A stretch of 64,000 bases of DNA from an uncultured beta proteobacterium (GTDB lineage Bacteria; Pseudomonadota; Gammaproteobacteria; Burkholderiales; Burkholderiaceae_F), in contig CAVRVM010000006.1 of NCBI GenBank assembly GCA_963724605.1, positions 15,454-79,453 of the forward strand, read 5' to 3'. Positions within the stretch are counted from its first letter, which is position 1, and each line of letters opens with the position of its first letter. Positions 63,660-64,000 of this stretch are shown in pieces. The position numbers and the translations under genes are program-made. The notes beneath the pieces are model-generated. The model was given only the letters and a program-made list of their open reading frames with translations. It did not search any database and was not told the DNA's origin.

Positions 63660-64000
63660 ATGGGCAAGCGAACTCCCCTGTATGACACGCACGTCGCCTC
63701 TGGCGCGAAGATCGTCGACTTCGGCGGCTGGGACATGCCGGTCGCCTACGGTTCGCAGATCGAGGAGCACCATGCAGTGCGCCGCAACGCCGGCATGTTC
63801 GATGTCTCGCACATGTGTCCGGTGGACGTCGAAGGCGAAAATGCGCGCGCATTCCTGAGGCAACTCGTCGCGAACAACGTCGACAAGCTGGCGCAATCCG
63901 GCAAGGCGCTCTATGCCTGCATGCTGAACCACGCCGGTGGCGTCATCGACGACCTGATCATCTACTTCCTGCGAGACGACTGGTTCCGCGTCGTCGTCAA
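63660..64000 (+). CDS. gcvT: glycine cleavage system aminomethyltransferase (T protein), 5' part; runs off the window
   Basis: My own translation from the ATG at 63660 gives '[59 protein letters not shown]...'. It is not in the ORF track because the frame is still open at the window end. Confidence 0.9.
   Translation, partial: MGKRTPLYDTHVASGAKIVDFGGWDMPVAYGSQIEEHHAVRRNAGMFDVSHMCPVDVEGENARAFLRQLVANNVDKLAQSGKALYACMLNHAGGVIDDLIIYFLRDDWFRVVV

Overview
This is a GC-rich chromosomal segment that looks betaproteobacterial, probably Burkholderiales. The pointers are a Bug/TctC-family binding protein, a LIV-type ABC operon, CoxSML-type molybdoenzyme genes, and a tandem glycine riboswitch upstream of gcvT. 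I can support about 55 protein-coding genes, one degraded IS110-family transposase, one riboswitch and a few repeats or palindromes. I found no rRNA, tRNA or CRISPR array.

About 25 genes need one or more reading-frame switches to give a sensible protein, while several neighbouring 2-3 kb genes are fully intact. I call the broken genes 'pseudogene' but cannot tell real decay from indel-type sequence error.

The most interesting region is 30.5-42.2 kb on the minus strand. It holds a tightly coupled, self-contained type II FAS/PKS-like operon: a FabL-like enoyl reductase, FabG, a long ACP, a hotdog dehydratase, a KS, a KS-like protein with Ser at the catalytic Cys position, and an AcpS-type PPTase apparently fused to an LpxL-family acyltransferase. 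Three intact genes follow on the same strand: a secreted ankyrin-repeat protein with an unrecognised N-terminal domain, a lipoprotein, and a membrane-anchored HdrD-like Fe-S oxidoreductase. I read this as a candidate pathway that makes a special acyl chain and attaches it to lipid A or another glycolipid, analogous to the rhizobial acpXL/lpxXL system but not identical to it.

Second in interest is an ECF sigma factor paired with a Ser/Thr kinase rather than an anti-sigma factor. It sits next to a TonB-dependent receptor and a di-haem peroxidase-like lipoprotein.

All calls rest on motif recognition in the supplied translations and on manual reading of the DNA. No searches were run.
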